Below are positions 36,848 to 44,529 of a DNA stretch of 64,000 nt, one piece after another. The first letter of the stretch is position 1. The number at the start of each line of letters is the position of its first letter. Source of the stretch: a virus; the IMG/VR virus record IMGVR_UViG_3300050015_000276, positions 96,001 through 160,000 of that record; one strand, given 5' to 3'. The position numbers and the translations under genes are program-made. Below the pieces are notes generated by a model that saw only the letters and a program-made list of their open reading frames with translations, made no database searches and was not told the origin of the DNA.

Positions 36848-37102
36848 ATGCAAATTGTATATAACGGTGATATTAGGTATAGCCAAGAACTGGCTACAAG
36901 TTTAAAACCAGGAACAGTTTTTTGCGGAAAATTTGATAATGGATATTATAATTGTGATAGCACATATATGATTGTGAATCCCACGGATGGTTCCAATGGT
37001 TGTGATATTATTGTTGATCTTGTAACTGGTGTAGGAACAACAGCAAAAGGTAAAATGATCAAAAATTTGAGGATCTTGGATGCTTGTCTTACGGTGAAAT
37101 AA
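36848..37102 (+). CDS. Hypothetical protein
   Basis: Coupled ORF. Confidence 0.55.
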   Translation: MQIVYNGDIRYSQELATSLKPGTVFCGKFDNGYYNCDSTYMIVNPTDGSNGCDIIVDLVTGVGTTAKGKMIKNLRILDACLTVK

Positions 37103-37461
37103 TGCCTAAAAAGAAGACCAGAGTCCAACAAAGAATTGAGGCCGTAAGAGCAAAGGCTCGTCAGTGGACATTTGAAACTTCTGGAACTTATACTCTTGGT
37201 GGTGATTCTAATTTTGTTGGTAAGGTGAAAGATGAAAATGGAAAGATTGTTCTTATAATTAGAGAAGATCCTATTTATAACCAACTTTCTTTTCTTTTTA
37301 AAGTTACTAAGTATATGGATGATTTAAATGATATGCGCGGCCTGGCCGCATATCTTTGGGACCGAAACCTTATACCTTTGTCAAAAGAAGAAAAAGAAGA
37401 GTGGAAAAAGAAAATAAAACATTCTTCTCCTATTGACATTAAGCATGTAGTTGTTGTATAA
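37102..37461 (+). CDS. Hypothetical protein
   Basis: Coupled ORF. Confidence 0.55.
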   Translation: MPKKKTRVQQRIEAVRAKARQWTFETSGTYTLGGDSNFVGKVKDENGKIVLIIREDPIYNQLSFLFKVTKYMDDLNDMRGLAAYLWDRNLIPLSKEEKEEWKKKIKHSSPIDIKHVVVV

Positions 37462-37469
37462 TAGTAAAG

Positions 37470-37727
37470 ATGATACAAGAAACAAGAGTAATTTGTAAGG
37501 CTTGTGCCACTGGTAATGATAAACATCCCCATAGCGGGGATACAAGAACTTGTATAAACGGTAGATCCGAGTATATTAGGAATTTACCGGCCAACCAACA
37601 AGTAACACAATTGATGATTCAAGAGAGAATACCAGTATCGATGGGCAAGTTTATAACGGATCTTGCCAAGGAGAGAAAGAAAACTCCTTGGGAGATTATT
37701 GTAGAGGAAGGATTGAATTTACTATGA
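37470..37727 (+). CDS. Hypothetical protein
   Basis: ORF. Confidence 0.5.
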   Translation: MIQETRVICKACATGNDKHPHSGDTRTCINGRSEYIRNLPANQQVTQLMIQERIPVSMGKFITDLAKERKKTPWEIIVEEGLNLL

Positions 37728-37942
37728 GTGTGAGAAAGAAAGCTAACCAATTACGTATTGGTGATAAGATCCTTGGAAATACAAATTATTACAAGGTTAT
37801 GTCAGTTCGTAATAGTGCAATGACAGGAAGTACATATCCAGTTATTGAAGTAGAAGATATGTTTGGAAATAAACAGACAATTGAGACTGGTGCAAATGAG
37901 AAGTTCCAGGATCATTTGTATGAGGTTGAACCAGTAGGTTAA
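37724..37942 (+). CDS. Hypothetical protein (SH3/KOW-like)
   Basis: ANQLRIGDKI motif; ATGA overlap. Confidence 0.5.
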   Translation: MSVRKKANQLRIGDKILGNTNYYKVMSVRNSAMTGSTYPVIEVEDMFGNKQTIETGANEKFQDHLYEVEPVG

Positions 37943-37947
37943 TATAT

Positions 37948-38041
37948 GGAGAGGTGGCAGAGTCCGGTTTATTGCGCTAGCCTCGAAAGCTAGAGAACCC
38001 TTCTGAGGGTTCCGTGCGTTCAAATCGCACCCTCTCCGCCA
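37948..38041 (+). tRNA. trnS: tRNA-Ser(CGA)
   Basis: CTAGC-CTCGAAA-GCTAG arm, long variable arm, GCCA end. Confidence 0.9.
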
Positions 38042-38042
38042 T

Positions 38043-38121
38043 GCCGGCGTATCCCCTCTGCCTTCTAAGCAGACGAAAGGGTAATTGGAACATGTGAGTT
38101 CGACTCTCACCGTCGGTTCCA
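38043..38121 (+). tRNA. Non-canonical tRNA-like RNA, anticodon TCT (Arg), lacking a conventional D-arm
   Basis: Acceptor GCCGGCG/CGTCGGT, TCTGC-CTTCTAA-GCAGA, T-arm GTGAG-TTCGACT-CTCAC, TCCA end. Confidence 0.75.
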
Positions 38122-38291
38122 AATTTTATGAACAATGTCGTTTAAAAGTAGGATATCATGGTTCTCTGTGTGGGTTCATGAACCACGCAGAACAAGAATA
38201 GGTGGTGGGTGGCGAGCGGTTGACCAGTGACCGGTGGAAGCCGGTATCACACAACGGACGAGGCTTAGGCATCTATTCTTTGGAGGAATAA

Positions 38292-38711
38292 ATGAGTAAA
38301 TTGTATAGTTTTACAAATATGTACCTTTCCGATATTCAGAAGGGTATCCAGACAGCGCATCTTCTCAATGAATTTTGGAAAAAATACGCATATACGGAAA
38401 CACTTGGATCTGAAATGCTTACTAATTGGTCTTGTTTGGGCTCAACCATTATCATGTTAAATGGTGGTAATTGTGTGAATTTGAATAGAATTTCAGATCT
38501 TTTTCGTGATGTACGTAATAATTATCCATGGGCATACTTCGAGGAAGAAGCTCTTTATTATTCTCCAACGGCTGTAGGAATTATTCTTCCGGAAAATTTT
38601 AGTACTGCGGAAGATCGAACTGCAAGAATTGCCATGAAATGTTATAATTATCCAAATTTGTTAATGTATGCAAAATTGGCCGAATTGTTAAATAATTCCT
38701 CATTGGCTTGA
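38292..38711 (+). CDS. Hypothetical protein, possibly Pth2-like peptidyl-tRNA hydrolase fold
   Basis: Y.FTNMYLS.IQ.GIQ.AH, IMLNGG, F.EE.L...TAVGI pattern; GGAGG RBS. Confidence 0.45.
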   Translation: MSKLYSFTNMYLSDIQKGIQTAHLLNEFWKKYAYTETLGSEMLTNWSCLGSTIIMLNGGNCVNLNRISDLFRDVRNNYPWAYFEEEALYYSPTAVGIILPENFSTAEDRTARIAMKCYNYPNLLMYAKLAELLNNSSLA

Positions 38712-38810
38712 TTTATAAATATATGAGTGAAACATAGATATTGATTCGGTAGCTTTCTTTCATATTAAAGTTATTGAAAAAATTGGTTTAACAATATCTG
38801 AATTGCAATT

Positions 38811-38888
38811 GGCGCTTTAGCTCATCATTGGAAGAGCAAGAATCTTTTAAATTCGAGGTGTCCGGTTCGAGTCCGGAAGGCGCCACCA
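38811..38888 (+). tRNA. trnK: tRNA-Lys(TTT)
   Basis: AGAAT-CTTTTAA-ATTCG, T-arm TCCGG-TTCGAGT-CCGGA, ACCA. Confidence 0.88.
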
Positions 38889-38898
38889 AAATTTCTTG

Positions 38899-38927
38899 TT
38901 GACATTGTTGTGAAATTGTGATACTCT
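38899..38927 (+). promoter_or_regulatory. sigma70-type early promoter
   Basis: TTGACA-17-TACTCT. Confidence 0.6.
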
Positions 38928-38986
38928 ATATTAGAGCGTAGAAATTACTACGTATCGAAATTGTACCAAATAAAAGGACAAATATT

Positions 38987-39328
38987 ATGAAATTTACAAA
39001 TGCAAATATGGGCAAGGTTGTGATTCGTTTTCGTCATCGCCTTCCGTCCGTGACAATTCCTAACCAGAATAACAGCTTGGTTTCTACTATTAATGGTATG
39101 AAGTTTAACCAAGGCTGTACTGAATGCACCATTAACATTGATTGCGATGAGTCTAATTCTCCAATGTATGTTTTCTTTGGGGAAGCTCTCACACATCCAG
39201 CAGACAATTATAAGAAGGAAACAGGTCGCCTACTTTCTCTTACCAGGGCAGTAGAGGCGATGGTTGCTTCCAAGTTGTTTTCTGAAGCTGATGGCCGTGC
39301 TGTAATGGTTGGTTATTATAGTCGTTAA
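38987..39328 (+). CDS. Hypothetical protein
   Basis: A.THP.DNY.K..GR.LSL.RA motif; AGGA RBS. Confidence 0.6.
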   Translation: MKFTNANMGKVVIRFRHRLPSVTIPNQNNSLVSTINGMKFNQGCTECTINIDCDESNSPMYVFFGEALTHPADNYKKETGRLLSLTRAVEAMVASKLFSEADGRAVMVGYYSR

Positions 39329-39415
39329 TAAAATTGAGGTCGAGCGACCGGTAATGGCAGGGTAAAACAATACACTATCCGTGTGGTGTCGCTTAGGTCC
39401 TGCAACCGTAATTTT

Positions 39416-40201
39416 ATGTTTAATATAAAAGACTTCCATCTCGGTGATCGTGTAGGAAATTATATCTTGGTTGGTCAATTAGGATCTAAGGCCTACGGAA
39501 CCAATACACCTGAATCAGATGATGATTTTACTGGTGTGGTAGTTGCACCTCTTTCTCATTATATTGGTCTTAAGAAATGGGAAAATGATGGAACACTTAA
39601 GATCGATTTGAAAGAAAGCCATAATGTGGAAATGACAGCTTTTGATGTCCGCAAATTTATTAGATTGGCATTGGCTTTTAATCCAAATATCATTCCACTT
39701 CTATATCTTCGGCAACAAGATTACGAAATTATTACTGATGGCGGCCAGAAACTTATTTCTGTGCGTGATGCCTTTACCAGTAAACGAGCATACGCCACAA
39801 TGATTGGATATGCATATTCGCAGAGACATGCGGTAGTAAATTGTAATACTGGAAAACTTGGTAAGAAACGCAAAGATTTGGTTGCTAAATTTGGGTATGA
39901 TACCAAATATGCGAGTCATACTATCCGAATTTTAAATATGGCGATTGAATTCTTCCGAGATGGTAAATTAAATGTATATAGGGCCTTTGATAGAGATGAA
40001 TTATTGGATATTCGACAAGGTCGCTGGACTCTTGGACAATGGATTTCTGAAGTTGACAATTTACTTACAAAGGCGAAAGAGGCAGAAAAGGAAAGTAATC
40101 TTCCAGAAACTCCCGATTTCGAGAGAGTAAATGATTTGTGTATGGAGTTAATTGAAACGTATGCAAAGGATGATTGGAATTATGTCTATGACGGCACTTA
40201 G
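39416..40201 (+). CDS. Pol-beta superfamily nucleotidyltransferase (PF10127/RlaP-like)
   Basis: GSKAYGTNTPESDDDF.GV, NPNII.LL, GYD.K.ASH..R.L. Confidence 0.82.
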   Translation: MFNIKDFHLGDRVGNYILVGQLGSKAYGTNTPESDDDFTGVVVAPLSHYIGLKKWENDGTLKIDLKESHNVEMTAFDVRKFIRLALAFNPNIIPLLYLRQQDYEIITDGGQKLISVRDAFTSKRAYATMIGYAYSQRHAVVNCNTGKLGKKRKDLVAKFGYDTKYASHTIRILNMAIEFFRDGKLNVYRAFDRDELLDIRQGRWTLGQWISEVDNLLTKAKEAEKESNLPETPDFERVNDLCMELIETYAKDDWNYVYDGT

Positions 40202-40273
40202 AAAATTCCAATATGGATCTCTTATATTTGCGGTTATCCTCGGGTTTGCAGAGTGGTTAGCTTGGAGATTACT

Positions 40274-40741
40274 ATGAAAGAAATTAAAGGTAATTTGTGG
40301 GATTTTCAATGTAGTCCTGATTTTTCACCTGTAGTTATTACTACTAATTGCAATGTAAATTACAAGGGTGACGCTGTAATGGGTAAGGGTATCGCTTTAG
40401 AAGCAAAGCAACATTATCCTGGTTTGCCAAAAATGTTAGGAAAACACATTGAACGGTATTTTGATCGTGTAAAATATTTTACAACATGTAATTTGTATGT
40501 ATTGCCTACTAAGTATAATTGGTGGGAAAAATCTAATATTGAATTGATTGAACAGGGTATAATATCATTAGAATCAATTGTTAATTTGCAATGTTATTAT
40601 TACAAAGAACAACCAGAAAAATATAAGAAGATTTATATGGTTCGTCCTGGATGTGCAAATGGACAGTTGAATTGGGAAATTGATGTTAAACCTATTTTAG
40701 TCAAATACCTCGATGACCGTTTTATTGTGGTGAATAAATAG
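40274..40741 (+). CDS. Macro domain (ADP-ribose-binding) protein
   Basis: KGNLW, VITTN, VMGKGIA, LPTK..W, RPGC.NG.L.W. Confidence 0.78.
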   Translation: MKEIKGNLWDFQCSPDFSPVVITTNCNVNYKGDAVMGKGIALEAKQHYPGLPKMLGKHIERYFDRVKYFTTCNLYVLPTKYNWWEKSNIELIEQGIISLESIVNLQCYYYKEQPEKYKKIYMVRPGCANGQLNWEIDVKPILVKYLDDRFIVVNK

Positions 40742-40748
40742 TTTTAAC

Positions 40749-40777
40749 TTGACAACATGTGTCGAGTGTGATAAAAT
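40749..40777 (+). promoter_or_regulatory. sigma70-type promoter upstream of a non-coding structured region
   Basis: TTGACA-17-TAAAAT. Confidence 0.7.
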
Positions 40778-40789
40778 AGTATTTGATAA

Positions 40790-40952
40790 ATGGTCCCAAG
40801 TCGTTAACGCGCCGGCGCGCGCCGGCGTTTAACGTACACAGTTTCCAAATAAATATCGTTTTTTGGAATTAAAATTGAACTTACCGGTTGTACGATGAAC
40901 CTTGTAGTCCAATCTGGAGCGCGTTCGTTTGGTAAATCGCGTGAGGGACCGA
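40790..40952 (+). ncRNA. Candidate structured ncRNA
   Basis: Closing stem GGTCCC/GGGACC with several internal hairpins; flanked by two promoters. Confidence 0.45.
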
Positions 40953-40955
40953 TAC

Positions 40956-40984
40956 TTGACAATACAAATGAAAAGTAGTATACT
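40956..40984 (+). promoter_or_regulatory. sigma70-type early promoter
   Basis: TTGACA-17-TATACT. Confidence 0.7.
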
Positions 40985-41005
40985 TTAATAGTGAGAGAAA
41001 ATATT

Positions 41006-41203
41006 ATGACTTTACAACGTGCATTGGCTATCTTGACTAAGTTTTTTGTAGTTAACGGTGATTGTTTTCGTTCGTTGTCTAAGACGTCCACTATTGCATG
41101 GGCGCAACAGATTAAGGACTCCACAAAAGTGAAGCTAGGCGATTGCTATTTGCTAACACAACAGCAACACGCTTTTCTGATTGGGGAGATTTTGAATTTT
41201 TAG
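41006..41203 (+). CDS. Hypothetical protein
   Basis: ORF after promoter. Confidence 0.5.
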   Translation: MTLQRALAILTKFFVVNGDCFRSLSKTSTIAWAQQIKDSTKVKLGDCYLLTQQQHAFLIGEILNF

Positions 41204-41204
41204 A

Positions 41205-41450
41205 GTGAAAATTATGGCACAACGAAATTGTAGTAATCAGAAATGTACAGGTAAGGCCAATGGCCGGAATGTTTTTTGTTCAAAGTGTTGGTTTCATGTT
41301 CCTGGAGATCTTAGAGCCGCTATCAGAAAGGATAGTGAAAAGGGAGAACATACTTTGAGGGCCCAACCGAGCCGTGAGTGGTTGTCGATGGCACTGCGAT
41401 CTATTAATGATCGCCGACCAGTTAGCAATCAAGTAAGCGAAATCGTGTAG
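41205..41450 (+). CDS. Hypothetical Zn-finger protein
   Basis: C....C......FC..CW..VP..LR. Confidence 0.55.
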   Translation: MKIMAQRNCSNQKCTGKANGRNVFCSKCWFHVPGDLRAAIRKDSEKGEHTLRAQPSREWLSMALRSINDRRPVSNQVSEIV

Positions 41451-41584
41451 ATATTTGTGTGCTGGTGGCAAAAGTTATGGAATACCATAGCGCCTAGCTG
41501 TAGGGTATAACCAGTTCCCACCCCTATTAGGGAACAACATACAGTCAGCACATTACAGTAATAGGGAAAGATAGACTTAAAGAA

Positions 41585-41657
41585 GCACCGTTCGTCTAGT
41601 GGTTAGGACAAGTCCGAGAGGCGAAACATTGGTTCGAATCCAATACGGAAGCCACCA
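41585..41657 (+). ncRNA. tRNA-like RNA with D- and T-arms but the anticodon arm replaced by a short GAGA-capped stem
   Basis: GTCT-AGTGGTTA-GGAC, ATTGG-TTCGAAT-CCAAT, ACCA end; imperfect acceptor. Confidence 0.6.
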
Positions 41658-41711
41658 TCTTTTTGGAACAAAAAGAGCCGACGGGCTCGCAGTGAAATCC
41701 TTTCCCACCGG

Positions 41712-41719
41712 TATAAATA
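41712..41719 (+). promoter_or_regulatory. T4-type late promoter motif
   Basis: TATAAATA upstream of tRNA-Ala. Confidence 0.5.
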
Positions 41720-41731
41720 TTGTTAGTATGC

Positions 41732-41810
41732 GGGGTATGGAGTTGCATGAAGTGACTGCCGCACTTGCAATGCGGAAAACAGCAGGGTTTGATTCCCTGA
41801 TACTCCACCA
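41732..41810 (+). tRNA. trnA: tRNA-Ala(TGC), atypical D-loop
   Basis: CCGCA-CTTGCAA-TGCGG, G3:U70, ACCA. Confidence 0.85.
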
Positions 41811-41818
41811 ATAATTTT

Positions 41819-42025
41819 ATGTTGAGAAAATGTAAATATTCTCGTTGTGGAGAACGTCGATCAAATTGGTGTGTTCCGTATAAACCACGGGAACCACAGA
41901 TGATTGAAGAACCATATGAATATTGTTCTTTTGAGTGCGCTTGTTACGATGGTGCTTTTTGTATAAATTGTGGTGTGTTAGAAGAAAAACATAAACACAA
42001 AGAAGATTGTCACTATAATGGATGA
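41819..42025 (+). CDS. Cys-rich hypothetical protein
   Basis: YCSFECACY..FC..CG. Confidence 0.55.
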   Translation: MLRKCKYSRCGERRSNWCVPYKPREPQMIEEPYEYCSFECACYDGAFCINCGVLEEKHKHKEDCHYNG

Positions 42026-42037
42026 GTTTATTTTAAT

Positions 42038-42114
42038 GCGTCGGTAGCTAAGTGGATTAAAGCACAGGTCTGCAAAACCTGGAATCGTAGGTTCGAATCC
42101 TACCCGGTGCTCCA
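42038..42114 (+). tRNA. trnC: tRNA-Cys(GCA)
   Basis: CAGGT-CTGCAAA-ACCTG, U73, TCCA. Confidence 0.9.
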
Positions 42115-42138
42115 ATATTCGTGGTTGTAGGAAAAAAT

Positions 42139-42843
42139 ATGAAACGTCAAACAAGAGAAAATAATCGCCGGCTCCAACAGTTGCAATTGCAATTGAGACA
42201 AGCCCAATGTGAAAAGGAACAATGGGCTCTTACTATTGGTGACTTGCAAGCGCAAATTGCTGAATTGGGAGATTCTGAGGAATTTGAAGATTCTGAGGAT
42301 TCGGCCGCTGAACTTCGTGAGGATCTAGGGGCTTTACAAGAGTCGTATGACAGTCTTTATGAAGAATTGATGGATAAAGATGCCGATCTTGAATCTTTGC
42401 AAGATGATTTAGATGCGGCCCAGAGTGAATTGGATGCTGTCAGGAGTGATCTAGAAACTGTACAGAATGAAAATGAAGATTTGTCGTGTCAATTGACAGA
42501 TCAGTATAATGATATCGAGGAACTTGAGAGTGAATTGGAAGATTTTCGAGAAGGGGGAGAAGAAGCAGAAGGCCTTCGAGAAGATTTGGAAAGTGTTAGG
42601 GAAGAACTAGAGGAAGTTCAGAATGAGCTTAATGAACTCCGAGATGAAAATTATGAGTTGAGAAGTCAACTTGATGAATCCGAGCAAGTTCCTGAGGAAA
42701 TGGATAGTCTAAAGGACCAGCTTTCTGATTTTGAAACTCAAGTTGATTATTTGGAATCGGAAAATGCTAGATATGAAGAAGAAATTGATGATTTGAAATT
42801 TACTATTGATAAGCTTCAACAGAAGTTGAGTTTTAAGCTTTAA
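42139..42843 (+). CDS. Highly acidic coiled-coil protein
   Basis: Heptad L/E/D-rich sequence. Confidence 0.7.
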   Translation: MKRQTRENNRRLQQLQLQLRQAQCEKEQWALTIGDLQAQIAELGDSEEFEDSEDSAAELREDLGALQESYDSLYEELMDKDADLESLQDDLDAAQSELDAVRSDLETVQNENEDLSCQLTDQYNDIEELESELEDFREGGEEAEGLREDLESVREELEEVQNELNELRDENYELRSQLDESEQVPEEMDSLKDQLSDFETQVDYLESENARYEEEIDDLKFTIDKLQQKLSFKL

Positions 42844-42904
42844 GTGGTATACCGGTATGAGAATACCGGTCGGAGTAGTAAACGTACTAAATAGTAATAA
42901 GATT

Positions 42905-42992
42905 GGTAGTATAGTCTCGTACGGCGCGGAGGGCAGACTGTAAATCTGTTGTCTCATAGAAGGCCCAGATAGTTCGATTCTATCTATTACCA
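42905..42992 (+). tRNA. trnY: tRNA-Tyr(GTA), no encoded CCA
   Basis: GCAGA-CTGTAAA-TCTGT, long variable arm, T-arm GATAG/CTATC. Confidence 0.82.
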
Positions 42993-43014
42993 ACATATAA
43001 GTTTATTGAATTTT

Positions 43015-43100
43015 GGCGGGGTGGTGGAACGGTATACACACCAGTTTCAAGAACTGGCGCCCGAAAGGGTATGAGAGTTCGAATCTCTCGCCCGCTACCA
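43015..43100 (+). tRNA. trnL: tRNA-Leu(CAA)
   Basis: CCAGT-TTCAAGA-ACTGG, V-arm CCC-GAAA-GGG, ACCA. Confidence 0.88.
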
Positions 43101-43128
43101 AAATATTGAAAGACCCTAATGAGTAATT

Positions 43129-43371
43129 ATGCCTCCAATGTATGAATATGAGTGTGGCCGTTGTGGTGCCACCTTTGAAGTTCGCCAGAAAATGAGTGAT
43201 CCGCCACTGAAGAATCATACGGGTCCAAATGATGATCCGGATTTTTGTAATGGTTCTGTTGAGCGGAAAATATCCGCACCTTCTTTAAAGTTTATAGGAA
43301 AAGGGTTTTATGTAAATGACTATCCTAAGAACAAAGAACGCAGAAATGGCAATAAAACTTTTGGCTCTTAG
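43129..43371 (+). CDS. FmdB-family zinc-ribbon regulatory protein
   Basis: MP.YEYECGRCG..FEV.QKMSDPPL...C.G.VER.ISAP.L.F.GKGFY.NDY. Confidence 0.82.
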   Translation: MPPMYEYECGRCGATFEVRQKMSDPPLKNHTGPNDDPDFCNGSVERKISAPSLKFIGKGFYVNDYPKNKERRNGNKTFGS

Positions 43372-43541
43372 TTATGCATACGATACACCAGTCAAATTAA
43401 CACACAAACAAATTGCTGATTTGTTGAGTTGGATAAAAGAAATAGACAGTTTCGGAGAGTAACCGCGAATCTAATCGGTATTAGGCGTTCGGGAATGGTT
43501 ATTAGATTACTTCCTGATATAATCTCCTGCTCTCCGGATTT

Positions 43542-43564
43542 GGGAATTTAGCTCAATTGGTAAG
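43542..43564 (+). pseudogene. 5' tRNA fragment (acceptor 5' strand plus D-arm start) directly before the HNH gene
   Basis: GGGAATTTAGCTCAATTGGTAAG. Confidence 0.6.
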
Positions 43565-43565
43565 T

Positions 43566-43997
43566 ATGAATAATAGTAAAAAGAATAAAAATGATTTTCT
43601 TGGTGAAAATTCTAGTACTGCTGCTGCTAGATTGAGAAGGAATATTTTATTTCATTTAGCTAAAAAATGTGGAATGAATAAATGTTTTCGTTGTGGTATT
43701 GAGATTGTTGATCCTGAAGAATTTTCTATTGACCATAAACTACCTTGGTTGTATGTAGATATTAAATTATTTTGGGATATGAATAATATTGCTTTTTCTC
43801 ATAAGCGATGTAATAAGGTTGATAGACCAGAATTGATTCATCGACAAAAAATAAAAAATCCAAAAGGTAAAAATTGGTGTGGCAAATGCAAGACTTTCAA
43901 AAGTAATAAATTTTTTGGCAAGAAAACCAGTAGTTTGGATGGTATGAGCAATTCATGTTATGATTGCCGTAAAGCTAAAAATTGGGATCATAAATAA
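43566..43997 (+). mobile_element. HNH homing endonuclease within the tRNA array
   Basis: CFRCG, SIDHK.P, NIAFSH..CN; C-terminal WC.KC...C..C Zn finger; very AT-rich. Confidence 0.78.
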
Positions 43998-44005
43998 AAT
44001 TTTGT

Positions 44006-44081
44006 GCCTATGTGGCTCAATTGGTAGAGCGCCGCACTTGTAATGCGGATATTGGAGGTTCAAGTCCTCTCATAGGCTCCA
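44006..44081 (+). tRNA. trnT: tRNA-Thr(TGT)
   Basis: CCGCA-CTTGTAA-TGCGG, TCCA. Confidence 0.92.
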
Positions 44082-44221
44082 CAAGTCAGGATGGGTCGTC
44101 TGGCATCCAAAACGGCGCCTATTCACGTAGAGCGCCGTCCTCCTTTAGATCAGCTTATGCATCCGCATAAGTTACCAGGCTGAGAATAGAATCGGGCCAG
44201 AATATTCTGGCCCGATTTCGG

Positions 44222-44250
44222 TTGACATCCACATTAAAATTTGATATACT
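44222..44250 (+). promoter_or_regulatory. sigma70-type early promoter
   Basis: TTGACA-17-TATACT. Confidence 0.72.
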
Positions 44251-44256
44251 TAGAAT

Positions 44257-44529
44257 ATGAAAAACCCCTGCGAACAATTTAAACACACATTGACTGTCGA
44301 AATAACAACTCAATTTCCACAAACATCTAATAGTTTCACTGAATTGATCCGACAAATGTTGGGTCCTTGGTGTAAATCTGTGAACGTAGTTCGTATGAAT
44401 GATGAGGGTGTGGAATATACTTCACGGCAATTAAATCCCTTAAGTGATGAATATGTTGGCCATATTATTGCGGATGAATATATGAAACACCTATTATTTG
44501 CAGGTGATCGTTTGAAGGCTTTAAGATAA
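44257..44529 (+). CDS. Hypothetical protein
   Basis: ORF after promoter; TAATG coupling to the ligase. Confidence 0.55.
   Translation: MKNPCEQFKHTLTVEITTQFPQTSNSFTELIRQMLGPWCKSVNVVRMNDEGVEYTSRQLNPLSDEYVGHIIADEYMKHLLFAGDRLKALR

Noticed and set aside
40804-41124. 106-aa reverse ORF over the candidate ncRNA
   Set aside because: It overlaps a plus-strand promoter and ORF, has no motif, and its GC-palindrome end is better explained as RNA structure.
44082-44150. Theta/HDV-like ribozyme after tRNA-Thr
   Set aside because: Two plain hairpins (GGATG/CATCC and ACGGCGC/GCGCCGT) without the nested double pseudoknot or catalytic J4/2 C.
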